Source: Pseudovirgaria hyperparasitica
Taxonomy: Eukaryota
Assembly: GCA_010093815.1 (NCBI GenBank)
Contig: ML996574.1
DNA length: 64,000 nt
Reading direction: 5' to 3' (one strand)
The position numbers were made by a program, and so were the translations under genes. Each line of letters opens with the position of its first letter. The first letter of the stretch is position 1. Positions 61,691 to 64,000 of this stretch are shown in pieces. The notes beneath the pieces were generated by a model, which saw only the letters and a list, made by a program, of their open reading frames with translations, was not told the DNA's origin and searched no databases.

Positions 61691-63024
61691 CTTCTCCCGT
61701 CGGCGGGAAGCATTCACAACTAAATTCCTGGTGGTCAAGTTCTTTGGTATATGTGAAAACCATCGAACTAGCCAATACGACTCCGTCATCTTGACTAGGC
61801 GTCAATCATCCCCTGAGAATTCTTCAGAAGGGAAAGGAGAAGCTCAATCATGTATCCTTTAGTGACGGCGGATCCGGACTATTACAGCGTACGTCTTTGC
61901 CCCTACCATCGTGCGATACTGAAGTGCTGCGAGCGTATGTTGAGGCACAAAGTCAAGCCCAAATATGCAGTCTCTGAGACCATAAAATCGCAAAGAATAA
62001 GATGTTAGGGTATATTCTGAATAGAAAAGGACTAAATTGGGGGGATTTTGTTTGGATCTGTCTCAAAATGCAAAATGATCGTCTGTGGCAAGCTGAAGCA
62101 GCTAGGAAATTATCTCGTCCTACTTGAACTACCCCTGAGGGGCCTTTATATACCGCTCGTGAACATGTTTTCGAATTTTGAGTTCTACGAAGGAATAGCT
62201 GGAAGATAGTACGACACGCTTGGTGCATTACTGATGGTTACGTCTATCAGCATACCGCTTCAACCTAGGCATATAGCATGTGATGAGCAACGGTCCTCCC
62301 TAAGTAGCCTATTTAATGCTTTGTTTTGAGTTTCTTCCTCTTCATCAACGATGCAAAACGATCAATACTCTAAAAGAAATTAACAGCGAGATAGGTAGTT
62401 CGCTCGATTATCATTCTATATTGTCGAAAATCCATGGTTGACAAAAATAAAAAGTCCGCCGTGGCCCTGGAGGGTGGTAAAAGTATTCATATGTGTTATA
62501 TTGTCTCATTCAATCACATGGTCTGATTACTAGTCAATACAAGTAAGGGTTGAAAAATCTCTTCTATCTCGGGTCTTTACATTGTAGACCACATCTCACA
62601 TCTTGAGGATATCCATCTGTAGATTTTCTCTTGTCTAAACCTGGTAGTGTGGTTGCTGAGTCGAATCGTAAGCCAACAGTAAATAAGCTAGACCGGAAGG
62701 AGAGATGCTCACGATGCATGCCCAAAAGCGAACGTGACTTGAGCCTTTATAACCATGCTTCGAGAATCTCAAGCTTTGAATTGTAAACAAAGGTCTTGTG
62801 TTGGAACTCAGGATTCCTGACCGGTTTTGCAAATGCCGCGCGGTGCGAACCTAGATAGATAGTGAGCTTATCGATATCAAAACTCTAATAACAGCAATAC
62901 TTACGAGAGCTTACGATCGAGACAACAGCCAGATCATACTCACTGATCGTCCAACTAGCATAAATTTCACTCCTTTACCGTACCAATGCCAGTTCAACAG
63001 ATCCACCCTGCCCCGACAAAAATT

Positions 63025-63594
63025 TCACTCTGCCATGTCTGGTCCACGACTCGAACACTCCCAACACCTCAAATCCCTCTGCCCACAGAACCCCCAAGTC
63101 TCCACACCCTCCCCAGGATCAAGAATCCCCAACTCTCCACACTCATGACAAAACACATGCTTTTCCAACCCCAACCACACCCATCTTCCCCTCATATTCC
63201 GAGACACCTTCTCCGAAACAACCATACAATCCACACACTTCTTGCTCGTCCAACACTTATCCAGCACAGCCCCATCAATCTTTCCCTCTCCCGTACGTGG
63301 AAACTCCTTGCCCAATTTCACGGAGCAGGGAAAGCGATCCAGACCGCGAATGCGCTCGCAGGACGTGCATGCTAGGATATTGTGCTCTAGGGCAAACTGT
63401 GTGGGCTGTAGGAAGGGTCCGGTGTATATGAGAGGGAGGATATTCAAGCGGGTACTGAGGATTGGATCCGGGATTACGGAGCGCATGTGTCTGCATGTTT
63501 TACGTAGGAGGCAGCGGGATGTAAGGGGGAGGGCGTCTGCAATTAGGAGGTGGAGTTCGCAAGGCAGTCGAAGGTATGATGGAGAGAGGGCCAT
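63025..63594 (-). CDS. Small F-box protein with CxxC motifs
   Basis: Likely start 63594 (MALSPSYLRLPCELHLLIADALP...LRKTCR); CTSC, CVDC, CHEC and CWEC motifs. The ORF extends upstream to 63768. Confidence 0.72.
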   Translation of the reverse strand: MALSPSYLRLPCELHLLIADALPLTSRCLLRKTCRHMRSVIPDPILSTRLNILPLIYTGPFLQPTQFALEHNILACTSCERIRGLDRFPCSVKLGKEFPRTGEGKIDGAVLDKCWTSKKCVDCMVVSEKVSRNMRGRWVWLGLEKHVFCHECGELGILDPGEGVETWGFCGQRDLRCWECSSRGPDMAE

Positions 63595-63895
63595 AGTGAT
63601 TAGGCACTTAGATCGTATCGAGGCTGGTTGCTGGCATTTGCTTAGTGTTGTAGCATTGATGTCGGGATGTTGTTGCGATTCATAACTGACGGGTGGAGAT
63701 GTGGGGTAGCGTGGGGGGAACGGATGAATGAATGCGGGGCATGGGAACTCCACAGTATATATGGGCACGTTTGAGCCTGGGCGAACCTTTTGCTACACTA
63801 CCAGTATATCAGTCCAGCTTAGTCAGTGTCGATAGCCATTGGAAGTGTCCTCGAGTGAGGAAAAGATGATTTCTTTGGAATAATGGACCTCCTGA

Positions 63896-64000
63896 CTACC
63901 TTCGACCACCCTTCGGCTTCCCACTCGGTCTTCCACTTGGCTTGCCAGCCGCTTTTGACCCTGGCTTCCCTTTACCCCCTTTTGGTCCCTTGACCGTCGC
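63896..64000 (-). CDS. Probable K/G-rich C-terminus of a gene entering from the right edge
   Basis: Open frame ATVKGPKGGKGKPGSKAAGKPSGRPSGKPKGGRR* ending at TAG 63896; only 35 codons visible. Confidence 0.45.
   Translation of the reverse strand, partial: ATVKGPKGGKGKPGSKAAGKPSGRPSGKPKGGRR

Overview
Eukaryotic DNA from a filamentous ascomycete (short GT-AG introns with CTRAC/CTAAC branch sites; Dothideomycete-like, inferred). I can support about 20 protein-coding loci. In order: a partial aminodeoxychorismate synthase (ABZ1), two tandem BTB/POZ-like genes, a DUF4246 2OG-Fe(II)-like protein, a Pth11-like membrane protein, a disordered orphan, a GNAT acetyltransferase, a YSH1-TAF4-PRP18 housekeeping block, a DUF4045/gelsolin-repeat protein, a polyQ protein, then an accessory-looking block (germin-like cupin, GPI-anchored CE5 esterase, Zn2Cys6 factor, CE5 pseudogene, sulfotransferase-like protein, PSD-family decarboxylase, MFS transporter), prefoldin 4, an AA9 LPMO and two F-box genes. 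AT/TpA-rich degenerate tracts lie between them. Most notable: a long, stem-rich YSH1 intron that splits the catalytic HxHxDH motif and carries poly(A)-type signals (possible autoregulation); an AA9 LPMO with Ser in place of the second-sphere His; a PRP18 apparently lacking its PRP4-like module; a GC-AG intron inside a Zn2Cys6 domain; a MITE-like inverted repeat; and a 12-bp-phased CACGTG array. All exon models and family calls were made by eye, without database searches.
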